Below are positions 17,517-26,204 of a stretch of DNA of 64,000 nucleotides, piece after piece. Position 1 is the first letter of the stretch, and the number at the start of each line of letters is the position of its first letter. The notes below the pieces were generated by a model. It saw only the letters and a list, made by a program, of their open reading frames with translations, was not told where the DNA came from and made no database searches. This DNA is from Verrucomicrobiota bacterium (GTDB lineage Bacteria > Verrucomicrobiota > Verrucomicrobiia > Limisphaerales > JAXMHQ01): NCBI GenBank assembly GCA_046346665.1, contig JAXMHQ010000014.1, positions 41,877 to 105,876 of the forward strand, given 5' to 3'. A program made the position numbers and the translations under genes.

Positions 17517-18314
17517 TCAGCGGGGCCAGGCGCCTTTTCGCACTTCGGCTTCGAACTGCCCGGCCACCCAACTGCGTGAGGCGTCGGGGGTGCAGAGGTA
17601 AATCTTTCCGGGAATGCGGTTGCTGTCGAGCTTTCCGAATTCCAGGCGCAGGGCGTAGCCGTTGGTGAACATCTGGGCGACGCGCAGGTCGCCTTCCATC
17701 CAGCGCAGGGCCACCCGGGGGACGGATCCGGAATCGTTGGTGGCGAAGAGGAAGGATCGCTCCTGGAGTTGCGCGGGTTCTTCCGCGGGCAGGTAGACGT
17801 TGATGACCAGGTCGGGCGAGTCGGAGGTGCCCTGGCGGAGGGCGAGCGAGCCGCTTTGGACGACGGCGCGGTTCGACTGGAACGGCCGGTCGCGCACCAC
17901 GCCGCGGACGGGTTCCGTCGGGATGAGGGTGTGTTCGAGGTTGGGTTGCCAATGGGGATCAATGCGGGAGACGGCGGGCGCACTGCCGCCGGTTCCGCCG
18001 GCTGCGGCGGGTGTGCGCAGATGGAACCAGGCGTAGACCCCGACGAGGACCAGCGAGAGGACGAACACGATGGCGAAGAGCGTGGACGTCAGGGCCTGCC
18101 GGGACCTGGCGGGCGGCGGCGGCGGGGGTGCGGGCGGCGCCGGGGGCTTGATGTACTGGGTCGCCGAGAGGATGTATTTCGAGGAAGCTTTCGGGGCGAC
18201 GGGGATGATGATGCGCTGGAAGCAGGTCGGGCATTCAATTTGCGCGCCGGCCGCGTCCGGGTCGGCGGCAATGTGCTGGCCGCAAACGGGGCAGCAGAAT
18301 TTGAACTCGCTCAT
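17517..18314 (-). CDS. zinc-ribbon / single-TM hypothetical protein
   Basis: 265 aa. N-terminus FKFCCPVCGQHIAAD...IECPTCFQRIIIP (CxxC...CxxC). Poly-Pro linker. TM (LFAIVFVLSLVLVGVYAWF). Extracytoplasmic C-terminal domain without recognisable motifs. Confidence 0.6.
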   Translation of the reverse strand: MSEFKFCCPVCGQHIAADPDAAGAQIECPTCFQRIIIPVAPKASSKYILSATQYIKPPAPPAPPPPPPARSRQALTSTLFAIVFVLSLVLVGVYAWFHLRTPAAAGGTGGSAPAVSRIDPHWQPNLEHTLIPTEPVRGVVRDRPFQSNRAVVQSGSLALRQGTSDSPDLVINVYLPAEEPAQLQERSFLFATNDSGSVPRVALRWMEGDLRVAQMFTNGYALRLEFGKLDSNRIPGKIYLCTPDASRSWVAGQFEAEVRKGAWPR

Positions 18315-18404
18315 CGCCGGGAGCCAGCCTTCCAGAAATCGGCGGCGCCGACAACCTTATTTTCCAACCGCGCGGTTCGGCGAAAACCTATCACCGATTA
18401 GGAA

Positions 18405-19703
18405 TCAGGCATCCAGGCGTCCGTATTGGCGGATTTCGGGCCAGAGGATGGCGACGGCGGCGACGACGGCGAGGGTGCCGATGCCGCCGGCGACGACGGA
18501 GAGGATGGTGCCGGCGACGATGGTATTGCCGATGCCGGGGCCGAAGATCTGGGCGACGAAGCCGGATTCGAATCCGCCGAGTTCGTTGGAGGTGCCGATG
18601 AAGAGGTTGTTGACGGCGGAGACGCGGCCGCGTTTGTCGTCGGGGGTGAGGAGTTGGACGAGGGTATGGCGGACGACGACGCTGACATTGTCGACGGCGC
18701 CGCAGAGGAACAGCATGGCGAAGGAGAGCCAGAACCACCGGGACAGTCCGAAGGCGATGGTGGCGAGTCCGAAGACGGCGACGGCGACGAGCAGGGAATG
18801 TCCGGCTTTTTGCATCGGGGGCCGGTGCGCGAGGATGAAAGTGCAGAGCACGGCGCCGAGCGGCATGGAGGCTTGAAGCAATCCGAGTCCGCCGGGTCCG
18901 ACGTCCAGGATATCCTTGGCGTAGATCGGCAGGAGGGCGGTGGCGCCGCCGAGCAGCACGGCGAACATGTCGAGGGTGATGATGCCGAGGATGATTCGGT
19001 TGGCGAACACGAAGTTGAACCCGGTGAGGAGGGCCCGGAAAGTGATGGGTTCGCGGGTTGTGACGCCGCCGTGGCAGCGGACGAGGCCGACGAGAACGCA
19101 GCAGGCGAGTGAGGCGACGGCGTTGGCGGCGTAGACGGGGGCGGCGTGGTTTGTCCAGTGGATGAACCAGCCTGCGGCTGCCGGGCCGAGAATGCTGGAA
19201 ATCTGGAACACGGCTGCGCTCCAGTTGACTGCGCGCGAAAAGTCCTTTCGCTCGACCAGTTGCGGCAGGAACGACGCGCTGGCCGCCCAGAGGAAAGTTC
19301 GGGCCGCGCCGGCGACGAACAGGCAGAGATACACCCACGAGACCGGCGCCTGCCGGGCGGAGACGAGCGTCATACCCAGGCTGGCCACCATGACAAAGGC
19401 CGTGGCGATGACGATGACCCGCTTGCGGCTGAAATTGTCCGCCACATGCCCCGCCGGCAGAGTCAATCCCAGCATGGGGATGATCTGGGTCAATCCGACA
19501 AGCCCGAGCGGCAGCGCGGAATGGGTGCGGTCATAAAGCTCCCAGCCGACCGCCATCACGAACATCTGCTGGCCCATGGTGGCCACGAGCCGGGCGACCA
19601 GGTAGAGGAGCAGATCCCGGTTTCGCAGCACCGAGTAGGCGCCGCGCGAACCACCCGGTTCCTGCAACTCCGCTTTTTGGCCTGTTGTGTCTCCGCTGCT
19701 CAT
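18405..19703 (-). CDS. MFS transporter (EntS/MFS_3-like)
   Basis: 432 aa with about 12 hydrophobic segments. GHVADNFSRKRV resembles the MFS loop 2-3 motif. LTPDDKRGRVSAV sits in the second half. Confidence 0.85.
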   Translation of the reverse strand: MSSGDTTGQKAELQEPGGSRGAYSVLRNRDLLLYLVARLVATMGQQMFVMAVGWELYDRTHSALPLGLVGLTQIIPMLGLTLPAGHVADNFSRKRVIVIATAFVMVASLGMTLVSARQAPVSWVYLCLFVAGAARTFLWAASASFLPQLVERKDFSRAVNWSAAVFQISSILGPAAAGWFIHWTNHAAPVYAANAVASLACCVLVGLVRCHGGVTTREPITFRALLTGFNFVFANRIILGIITLDMFAVLLGGATALLPIYAKDILDVGPGGLGLLQASMPLGAVLCTFILAHRPPMQKAGHSLLVAVAVFGLATIAFGLSRWFWLSFAMLFLCGAVDNVSVVVRHTLVQLLTPDDKRGRVSAVNNLFIGTSNELGGFESGFVAQIFGPGIGNTIVAGTILSVVAGGIGTLAVVAAVAILWPEIRQYGRLDA

Positions 19704-19816
19704 GTGTTTGCGATGGCGGGGACATTAGAACCCGGCTCAGCAATAGGCAAGGGGAGCGTTGGCGGGCGCATGATTAATTGCTTTGCAAAAGGGGCGGGGC
19801 AGGGCAATTTGTCCGC

Positions 19817-20320
19817 ATGGTTCCCGACGAAGAACAAGCAGCGCAGCCAGAGCCGGTCGCATCCGATTCCCCCGCGCCTCCGCGCGAACGCGGCGAGCGG
19901 GGAGGCCGGCGGCGCGGTGGCCGGCGTGGCGGCCGTCGGCGCGGCGGTCAGCGTCCGCCCCCGCGGCCCATGGACGGCCCGGCGGAGAGCGAGCCCCCGG
20001 TTTCGGGCGAAGCCGCCCCGGAACAGGATTATCCGGCCGAACAGAATTTGCAGGAGCCCGCTCCCCGGCACGAGCCGTCCGAGGTCCGTGAAACCGCCGC
20101 GGCGATGGAACATCCCCGCGTCCCGGCTGTCACGCAGGCCATCGAGCAGGTCAACGGCGTTATCGAGGAACTCAAGCGCGCCCTTGATGAGATGGAGGAA
20201 GTGCTCGAAACCCTCGAACTCGCCGAGCGCCAGAAGATCGACGACGAACGGGAAATCGAATCGCTCCAGCGCGCGCTCCGGCAATTGCACCGTCCTCGGG
20301 ACAGCGGTCCCCGTCGTTGA
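19817..20320 (+). CDS. hypothetical protein: RGG-rich disordered N-half plus coiled-coil C-half
   Basis: 167 aa from the ATG at 19817. RGERGGRRRGGRRGGRRRGG, then AIEQVNGVIEELKRALDEMEEVLETLELAERQK. Third-position GC bias supports coding. No family recognised. Confidence 0.45.
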   Translation: MVPDEEQAAQPEPVASDSPAPPRERGERGGRRRGGRRGGRRRGGQRPPPRPMDGPAESEPPVSGEAAPEQDYPAEQNLQEPAPRHEPSEVRETAAAMEHPRVPAVTQAIEQVNGVIEELKRALDEMEEVLETLELAERQKIDDEREIESLQRALRQLHRPRDSGPRR

Positions 20321-20348
20321 ACTGTCGGGGGAAAGACCGGATGAAAGG

Positions 20349-20424
20349 TGGTGGGTTGGCTGGGACTCGAACCCAGGACCAACGGCTTAAAAGGCCGCTG
20401 CTCTACCGACTGAGCTACCAACCC
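20349..20424 (-). tRNA. tRNA-Lys (anticodon TTT), CCA encoded
   Basis: Reverse complement gggttggtagctcagtcggtagagcagcggccttttaagccgttggtcctgggttcgagtcccagccaacccacca folds by hand into a cloverleaf: 7-bp acceptor, anticodon loop cTTTTAa, T-loop ttcgagt. Confidence 0.9.
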
Positions 20425-20518
20425 TTACCCGAAGACCCGCAGAGAGGCTTCCGCAGCAGGGCCGTTCACAGTATCAATTGCGACAAAACTTGCAAGCGTT
20501 AGTGAGGGGCTTTCTTTG

Positions 20519-21781
20519 ATGCATTCACTCCTGCTCCGCTGCCGCCCCCTCTGGACTCATCCCGGGTTCCGCGTCCTGTTCGTCCTCAATGTCTTGCTCG
20601 GCTTCGCCTACTCCTTCGTCGCGCCGTTCATGTCCATGTTCGGCACGATCGAGGTCGGGATGAGCAAGATGCGGTTCGGCGTGTTTATGACTCTGACCGC
20701 CGCCTCAGGGATTGTGATTGGGACCACGCTTGCGCGATATTCGGACACGCACTACAGCCGGCGCTCGATGTTGCTGTGGGGCAGCGTGTCGGGCTTTCTG
20801 GGTTACCTCGGCTACGCCTGGTGCCGGTCGTTTGTCCCGCTCGTTTTGATCGGGACGCTCGTGCTTGGGCTGTCGACGATCACGTTCTCGCAGATTTTTG
20901 CGCATGCGCGGGAGTTGCTGGCGGGGACGGACATTGCCGCGGAGGAGCGCGTGTTTTACATGAACGTGTTCCGGATGTTTTTTGCGTTGTCCTGGACGGT
21001 GGGGCCGACGCTGGCATCGTGGATCATGGTGCCGTTTTCCTACCGGGGCTTGTTTCTTTGCGCCGCGGCCAACTTCGCGCTGTTTGCTTGGGTGGTTTAC
21101 CGGCATGTGCCGGCCGCGCCGCCACCGTTCGCGCACCAGGCGTCGCGAAATTCGGAATCGATCTGGAAAATCGTCTGCAGGCTGGACCTTTTGGCGCACC
21201 TGGGGGCCATCGCGCTGATTTACGCCGCGGCGACGATCAGCATGGTGAATCTGCCGCTGCTGATTTTGCAGACGCTGGGCGGAACGCAGGTGAACGTGGG
21301 GATTGCCTACAGCGTGGCGCCGGTGTTTGAGCTGCCGTTCATGGTGGGGTTCGGCTGGCTGGCGACGCGGCGGGACAACGCGGGGATTCTTCGGGCCGGC
21401 ATGTTCATCGCTGCGGTGTATTACGCCTGCCTGATGTGCACCGGCCGGCCGTGGCAGGTGTACCTGTGCCAGATCCTCTCCGCGGCGGTCACGGCGGTGA
21501 TTTCGGGAATTGCGATCACGTATTTCCAGGGGCATCTGCCGCATCACCCTGGGACGGCGACGAATCTTTACGCAAACGCGCAGCGGATCGGGTCGACGGC
21601 GGGATATTTTGTGTTTGGCTGGATTGCCGGGGCGTGGGGATACCGGTTTGTGTTCGGGGTCTGTTGCGCGTTCGCCGTTCTGAGCCTGGCGTTGATGTTT
21701 GTGCCGGTGCGGGTGCCGGAGGAGGAAGCAGAGCCTTTGCCGCCTGCGGGTTCGACGCCAAATTTGGAACCCATGCTTTGA
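20519..21781 (+). CDS. MFS transporter (sugar-efflux SetA/SetB-like)
   Basis: 420 aa from the ATG at 20519 (the track starts one codon earlier at a TTG). About 12 TM segments. N-terminus FRVLFVLNVLLGFAYSFVAPFMSMF and ARYSDTHYSRRS resemble the sugar efflux transporter family. Confidence 0.8.
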   Translation: MHSLLLRCRPLWTHPGFRVLFVLNVLLGFAYSFVAPFMSMFGTIEVGMSKMRFGVFMTLTAASGIVIGTTLARYSDTHYSRRSMLLWGSVSGFLGYLGYAWCRSFVPLVLIGTLVLGLSTITFSQIFAHARELLAGTDIAAEERVFYMNVFRMFFALSWTVGPTLASWIMVPFSYRGLFLCAAANFALFAWVVYRHVPAAPPPFAHQASRNSESIWKIVCRLDLLAHLGAIALIYAAATISMVNLPLLILQTLGGTQVNVGIAYSVAPVFELPFMVGFGWLATRRDNAGILRAGMFIAAVYYACLMCTGRPWQVYLCQILSAAVTAVISGIAITYFQGHLPHHPGTATNLYANAQRIGSTAGYFVFGWIAGAWGYRFVFGVCCAFAVLSLALMFVPVRVPEEEAEPLPPAGSTPNLEPML

Positions 21782-21794
21782 GTCTTACACTGCT

Positions 21795-24700
21795 CTATTG
21801 CAGCGGGGGGCCGAGTTTCACCCGGTAGAATCGCTGCGCCGTGGCGGAATTGGTGTCCGTCCAGGTGAACGGCACCGCGGGCGAGTTGGTGATGAACGCG
21901 ATGCTCCACTGCAGGAGGTCGGTCGAGGTTTCGACTGCGTAATCCGGCCCGTTTTGGCCGCTGATCGCAAAACTGAATTGTCCGTTCCCGGCCGAACTGT
22001 TGCTGATCCCGGGAGCGGCCAGCGGATTCACCAACACGGCAAATGTCTGCGTGGCGCTCATGCTGGGCGTGCCGTTGTCGGAAACCGTCAGCGTGAAGCG
22101 GTTGGTGGAGTTCGCCTGCGTCACCAGCGGCCGGAACGAGAAAGCGCCGCTGCCGGCGTCGAGCGTCGCGTTGGTGGTGCTGGTCTGCAGCCCATACGTC
22201 AGCGTCTGAGGCGGCTGATCGGCGTCCGTGGCGGCCGCCGTGAAGGCGACCGTTTGGCCGACGTTTACGACCTGGTCGGGAACCGGCTGGAGAGTTGGCG
22301 GCGTGTTGGGAGGTGTGACACCGTTCAGCGTGAGCGCGATGGCGCTCGTGTGCTGGATCGTTCCGGCGGTGGCCACAACCGTCACGCTCGTGGTGCCGGA
22401 GGCCACGGTGTTCGAAGCAGCGAGAGTCAGCAGGTTTGCGCCGCCGGTGGAGGGATTGGTGGCAAACGCAGCCGTGACGCCAGCCGGGAGGTTGCTCACG
22501 CTGAGTGTGTAGCACGCGTTCAGGCCATTGGTCGGGCTGACAACAATCGTGCTCGTGCCGTTGGTGCCGCCATTGATCGTCAGGCTGGAGGGATTGACCG
22601 ACAAGTTGAAATCCGGCGCCGGTGTGGCCCAGGACACCGAATCGATATAACACGTGTTTGTCCAGCCCGCGCTGGTTGTGAACTGAATCCCGAGAACATG
22701 GAATGGCGCGACCGCGTTCGCCGGCACGGTCAGGGACACCGTGTTCCAGGCATTGGCCGTGAGGCTTCCGTAATAGCTGCTGGTCCAGGTCCAGTTGTTG
22801 TCCTGCATGTAAGGCTGAAGCGCCGTCACCTTGCTGCCGTTCGGAATCCAGACGTGGAAGTTGATCGTGATGCCGGGCAGCACGGACAGGTTCCCCACCG
22901 ATGGAGATGCGGTGCCTGAGGATGCGCTTTTGAAATTCACCGCCAGCGACCGGGCGCCGGCATAGTGTTGCACAGCCGAACTCGCGACTCCGGAAACAAT
23001 GCCCCCGTTTCCGGACCAGCCCTGCGCGTCGGTTTCAAAGTTGAACTGAGCCGGGTCCGGATTCACGCCGGAAATGGCTGCGTGCGCTTCGGCTGAAAAG
23101 CCGGACACCCCTGAGCCGTTCACCCCGGCCACCTGGTAATAGTAAGTCGTGCCGCTGTTCAGGTTGATGTCGGTGTAGTTCGTCCCGGTGATGCCGGTGG
23201 CGACCGGGGTGGTTCCTTCGAAGCCGCTTTCCGCGGCGCGATAAAGATTGTAGCTGGTGGCGCCGCTGCCGGCCGTCCAGGACAAGGTCACCTGGTTGCC
23301 GGCGGCCGCAGCGGTCAGGCTGGACGGGGCGACTGGGGCGCCGTTTGGCGGCGGCGGCGCGTTCCCGCCCGTCAAAACGGAAATGAGCTGCGCGTCATTG
23401 ACGGCGCCCGAGGTCCAATCGAACGGAGTGCCGGGAGTGCTCCAGAAGAACGGACTCAGCCCATGGCCGCGGGCGGATTCGGCGACATACTTGTGCCAAT
23501 AATACTCGGACGCCTGGTTCCAGGCGTATTCGGTGGCGTTGGTTGCGGCCAGGTACGGTTTCGAAGCCGCCCCGAATTCGCCGATCATGACCGGGATGCC
23601 TTTGCTGACGTACTGGTCGGCCAGTTGTTGGAAACCGGAATCAATGCTGCCCTCTTCGGGCGGGACGCAGTTGCGTGTCGGATCGGCGGCATAATGGTAC
23701 GCCTGGCCCCAAAAATACTGCACGATGCCCCAGGAAACATCGCTCGATATGATCGCAAGCTGGGCGGGCGTGTAACAGTGATACTCCACCATCAGGCGAT
23801 TGGGTGTCGGGTCCGTCGGGAGGGCGTTCAACCAGGTGGTGTCTCCGCCGCCTTGCAGCACCAGCCAGCGATTGGTGTTGTTGCCGCCGGTGGCGCGGAC
23901 GGCGTTGACGAAGGTCTGGTAGTAAAACATCAGCGTTTTCATCCCGTCGGGACTGTTGACGTTGGGTTCGTTCGCTCCGGCGAACAGCAGGCGGTTGTCA
24001 TAACCCGCGAACCCGGTCGCGATCTGGGTCCAATAGGAGTTCGCCTTCGCGTTGATGACGGGATTCACATTGGTGCCGATGTTGTTTTCCAGCCAGCCGT
24101 CATCCCAATGATCGTTGATGACGACCGTCATTCCCGCGGCGAGCGCCCAGTCGACCACCTGTTTGACCGCGGTCATGAAGGCGGGATTGATCGGGTAATT
24201 CGTGACACCGCCCGAGATGTTGGTGGTGGCGTTGAAATCCCACGCGCACGGGATGCGCACGGCGTTGAACCCGGCGTTGGCGGCGGTATAAAACGGCGCC
24301 GCGGTCCGGCTCGGCACACCCCAGGTGGCTTCCATCGTGTTGCCCAGGTTCCATCCGTAGGTGGGGATCGGGAAGGGCATCGACGCGGGAAGATTCGTGG
24401 AAGCGGCGCGAAACCCGAGGTCGAAAACGGCGTCGAACTTATGGCTGGACCCGGTGGTGATCGCGCCGCCACTGATCGGGATGGTCACGATCTCGCCGCC
24501 GGCGTAGGCGTTGGTCGCCACCGCCAGGGCCGCCCAGCCGCCTCCGGAGGGTTTGATGCCGAAGGTGAACGCGTAGGTTTGGTTCGCCAGCAACGGCACA
24601 TTCAGCCCGCTCCACTTCAGCCAGTCCCCATCGGTGAACCCGGGGTTCGCCGCGCTGAACGCAATCAGCATGCTCGCCGTGCTGCCGCTGATCGAATAGA

Positions 24701-25040
24701 TCCGCAGGTAATAAGTGGGGGTGCTGGCCGGCGTGCCGTAGCCGTTGCCGGAATTCAACCCCGCCGTTTTGATGGCCACCGACGATAGAGTCACCGCGTT
24801 GGTCCCGGTGGTGAACGTCTGGCCTGCCGGCGGGTTGTTGTCGGTGAAATAATTAACCCCGTCCGGGAAAGCCATATTCCCCTGGGTTGCGAGCTGGGCG
24901 ATGTCGTTGGTGCCTGGAGTGGGCGGGGTTGACCCGATGTCGGCGAGAGTTTGCGCGCGCAAACTGCCGGTCAAAAGAGCGAGGAGGCAATACCAGCGGG
25001 AAGCTGCGAACAGCCGCCGAACGACATTGAACAACAACAT
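21795..25040 (-). CDS. secreted multidomain glycoside hydrolase family 5 (GH5-FN3-CBM-like-Ig/cadherin-like repeats)
   Basis: Signal peptide from the ATG at 25040 (MLLFNVVRRLFAASRWYCLLALLTGSLRAQ). GH5 blocks NAVRIPCAW, LLFAGANEPN (acid/base NEP) and VMIGEFGA (nucleophile). FN3 (VTLSWTAGSGATSYNLYRA...TYYYQVAGVN). CBM-like NFETDAQGW...CYIDSVSW. Ig-like and cadherin-like (PVPDQVVNVGQTVAF) modules. Confidence 0.85.
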   Translation of the reverse strand: MLLFNVVRRLFAASRWYCLLALLTGSLRAQTLADIGSTPPTPGTNDIAQLATQGNMAFPDGVNYFTDNNPPAGQTFTTGTNAVTLSSVAIKTAGLNSGNGYGTPASTPTYYLRIYSISGSTASMLIAFSAANPGFTDGDWLKWSGLNVPLLANQTYAFTFGIKPSGGGWAALAVATNAYAGGEIVTIPISGGAITTGSSHKFDAVFDLGFRAASTNLPASMPFPIPTYGWNLGNTMEATWGVPSRTAAPFYTAANAGFNAVRIPCAWDFNATTNISGGVTNYPINPAFMTAVKQVVDWALAAGMTVVINDHWDDGWLENNIGTNVNPVINAKANSYWTQIATGFAGYDNRLLFAGANEPNVNSPDGMKTLMFYYQTFVNAVRATGGNNTNRWLVLQGGGDTTWLNALPTDPTPNRLMVEYHCYTPAQLAIISSDVSWGIVQYFWGQAYHYAADPTRNCVPPEEGSIDSGFQQLADQYVSKGIPVMIGEFGAASKPYLAATNATEYAWNQASEYYWHKYVAESARGHGLSPFFWSTPGTPFDWTSGAVNDAQLISVLTGGNAPPPPNGAPVAPSSLTAAAAGNQVTLSWTAGSGATSYNLYRAAESGFEGTTPVATGITGTNYTDINLNSGTTYYYQVAGVNGSGVSGFSAEAHAAISGVNPDPAQFNFETDAQGWSGNGGIVSGVASSAVQHYAGARSLAVNFKSASSGTASPSVGNLSVLPGITINFHVWIPNGSKVTALQPYMQDNNWTWTSSYYGSLTANAWNTVSLTVPANAVAPFHVLGIQFTTSAGWTNTCYIDSVSWATPAPDFNLSVNPSSLTINGGTNGTSTIVVSPTNGLNACYTLSVSNLPAGVTAAFATNPSTGGANLLTLAASNTVASGTTSVTVVATAGTIQHTSAIALTLNGVTPPNTPPTLQPVPDQVVNVGQTVAFTAAATDADQPPQTLTYGLQTSTTNATLDAGSGAFSFRPLVTQANSTNRFTLTVSDNGTPSMSATQTFAVLVNPLAAPGISNSSAGNGQFSFAISGQNGPDYAVETSTDLLQWSIAFITNSPAVPFTWTDTNSATAQRFYRVKLGPPLQ

Positions 25041-25167
25041 GCGCCTGAATCTACCACGCCGGAAGACCTGGAAAAAGTCAGGCGTTTTACCGATACGCAG
25101 GGGGCATTGTCGCCTGCAACCGCGCTTGCACTTCAAATGGGTCGAGGATGCCCAACAAGCCGGCAGC

Positions 25168-25277
25168 CTCTACGAAAGGTGGGACGTGAAGAATCCCGCA
25201 GAAAAGCGCGAAATGGTCGAATTGATCACCGACAAGATTACCGTTGCAAAGACGAAATCAAAATAAGCTTCTGCTAA
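25168..25277 (+). pseudogene. C-terminal remnant of a serine-recombinase-type gene (frameshifted, truncated)
   Basis: One frame reads LYERWDVKNPAEKREMVELITDKITVA. After a +1 shift it reads KDEIKISFC-stop. Together they resemble the conserved tail of large serine recombinases (..eqKRqlvelLidrI.V..deIeI.f..). No upstream catalytic part remains. It ends 31 nt from the tRNA-Ser 3' end. Confidence 0.4.
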
Positions 25278-25307
25278 GCCGCATCTTGTAAAGATATGGC
25301 AAAAAGG

Positions 25308-25397
25308 TGGCGGAAGGGGTGGGATTCGAACCCACGTTAGGATTGCTCCTAAGCCTGATTTCGAGTCAGGTGCCTTCAACCACTCAGCCACCCTTCC
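25308..25397 (-). tRNA. tRNA-Ser (anticodon CGA), long variable arm, CCA encoded
   Basis: Reverse complement ggaagggtggctgagtggttgaaggcacctgactcgaaatcaggcttaggagcaatcctaacgtgggttcgaatcccaccccttccgcca. Anticodon stem cctga/tcagg, loop ctCGAaa, 18-nt variable arm, T-loop ttcgaat. Confidence 0.9.
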
Positions 25398-25510
25398 ATT
25401 GGACTCGCGAACAATTCTATTATGCGGCCGGTCCGCAAACTTCAAGGCAAATCAGAGGCCCCCGCGCCCGGGATCCCTTGCGCGGCGGTTAAGGCGTCCG
25501 GTAGGGGGTC

Positions 25511-25540
25511 AACCACGGATAGACACGGATGAACACGGAT
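25511..25540. repeat. three tandem 10-mers (aaccacggat agacacggat gaacacggat)
   Basis: Read directly. This is the same 10-bp tandem style as the arms of the 2589-2711 element. Confidence 0.6.
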
Positions 25541-25709
25541 GGGAACCGTCAACGTTTGGTGTGCCCTTCGCCGGATGCCTTGCTCTGCGGCCCTCTGGGT
25601 TCACGTGAAACGTGACAGGTCTCCGCGCCTCTGCGTCGATTTGGGGCCCTTCCCACCCAGAGCCAAAGAGAGTCCGTCATGATTCAATCCTCATCCGGCA
25701 GTTGAAGCT

Positions 25710-26057
25710 TCACCGCCGATGGCTGTTGCGGATCCGAGTGGCGGGCGACTGGCGCGAACCGCGGGCGTGCTGGAGCCGTTTCCGTTCGCGCCATCCCAGG
25801 CGGGATTCCAGCTCGAGCATCGCCTTGTGCACCGCGGCTTCAATGGTGTGGTCGCGACCCTCGGCATAGACATCCGGACCGGGTGTCACCAGGTGGACGC
25901 GCACGCCGTAGGCCGGGCTGGATTCCGAGCGGCATTCCAGCCGGACGTGGGCTTCGTCGATCTGCAACCGCGGTTGCAGGGACAGGATGCAGTTTTCGAT
26001 TTGGGCGTCCACCGCGTGGGTGGACCGGAGGTTTTGATGTTGCAGGTTCAGTTTCAT
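25710..26057 (-). CDS. HPF/RaiA-family ribosome-associated protein (short form)
   Basis: 115 aa. MKLNLQHQNL...DAQIENCILSLQPRL...VRVHLVTPGPDVYAEGRDHTIEAAVHKAMLELESRL follows the beta-alpha-beta3-alpha pattern and spacing of HPF/YfiA proteins. Call is from pattern memory. Confidence 0.6.
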   Translation of the reverse strand: MKLNLQHQNLRSTHAVDAQIENCILSLQPRLQIDEAHVRLECRSESSPAYGVRVHLVTPGPDVYAEGRDHTIEAAVHKAMLELESRLGWRERKRLQHARGSRQSPATRIRNSHRR

Positions 26058-26204
26058 GGCCGGGTTCAGTTTTGGCCGGACCTCGCCTCAACAAGGGCGG
26101 GCGTCCCGGCGTTCATGGAGGCACACTGCACCCGGTGGCGCGGCCGGACCAATACGACGTTCCGAATGGACACTTCGGTTAATCCGAAGCAAATTGGGCG
26201 AGCG

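Noticed and set aside
16189-17952. Track-length versions of several ORFs (16189-17952, 25719-27092, 44262-46052, 45809-46492, 41086-41763, 42985-43593, 29161-31038)
   Set aside because: The upstream extensions overlap neighbouring genes and are Arg/Pro-rich. Family similarity starts at internal ATGs that sit in typical coupled positions, so the shorter starts were used.
4900-19150. Simple chromosomal inversion as the explanation for the opposite-skew block
   Set aside because: The right-hand boundary lies inside an intact MFS gene with continuous transporter topology. The neighbouring MFS gene belongs to a different subfamily, so recombination between inverted paralogs is unlikely. Kept as an open question under findings.
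20317-20502. Small ORFs overlapping the tRNAs (20317-20502, 20029-20421, 25170-25445, 25307-25492)
   Set aside because: They are translated through tRNA-Lys or tRNA-Ser sequence, so they are not credible coding regions.
24901-25266. 121-aa plus-strand ORF as an intact gene
   Set aside because: Its first two thirds are antisense to the GH5 5' end and signal peptide. Only the last ~35 codons look recombinase-like, and those need a frameshift to continue. It is treated as a pseudogene remnant instead.
25511-25540. Possible CRISPR-like or tandem-repeat array
   Set aside because: Only three contiguous 10-bp units with no spacers, and no cas genes in the window. This is a REP-type tandem, not a CRISPR.
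25399-25608. 69-aa ORF (…PRIDTDEHGW…) and the 85-aa ORF at 53121-53378
   Set aside because: Both are translated straight through tandem 10-mers or REP hairpins in intergenic spacers. They show no coding-type third-position pattern.
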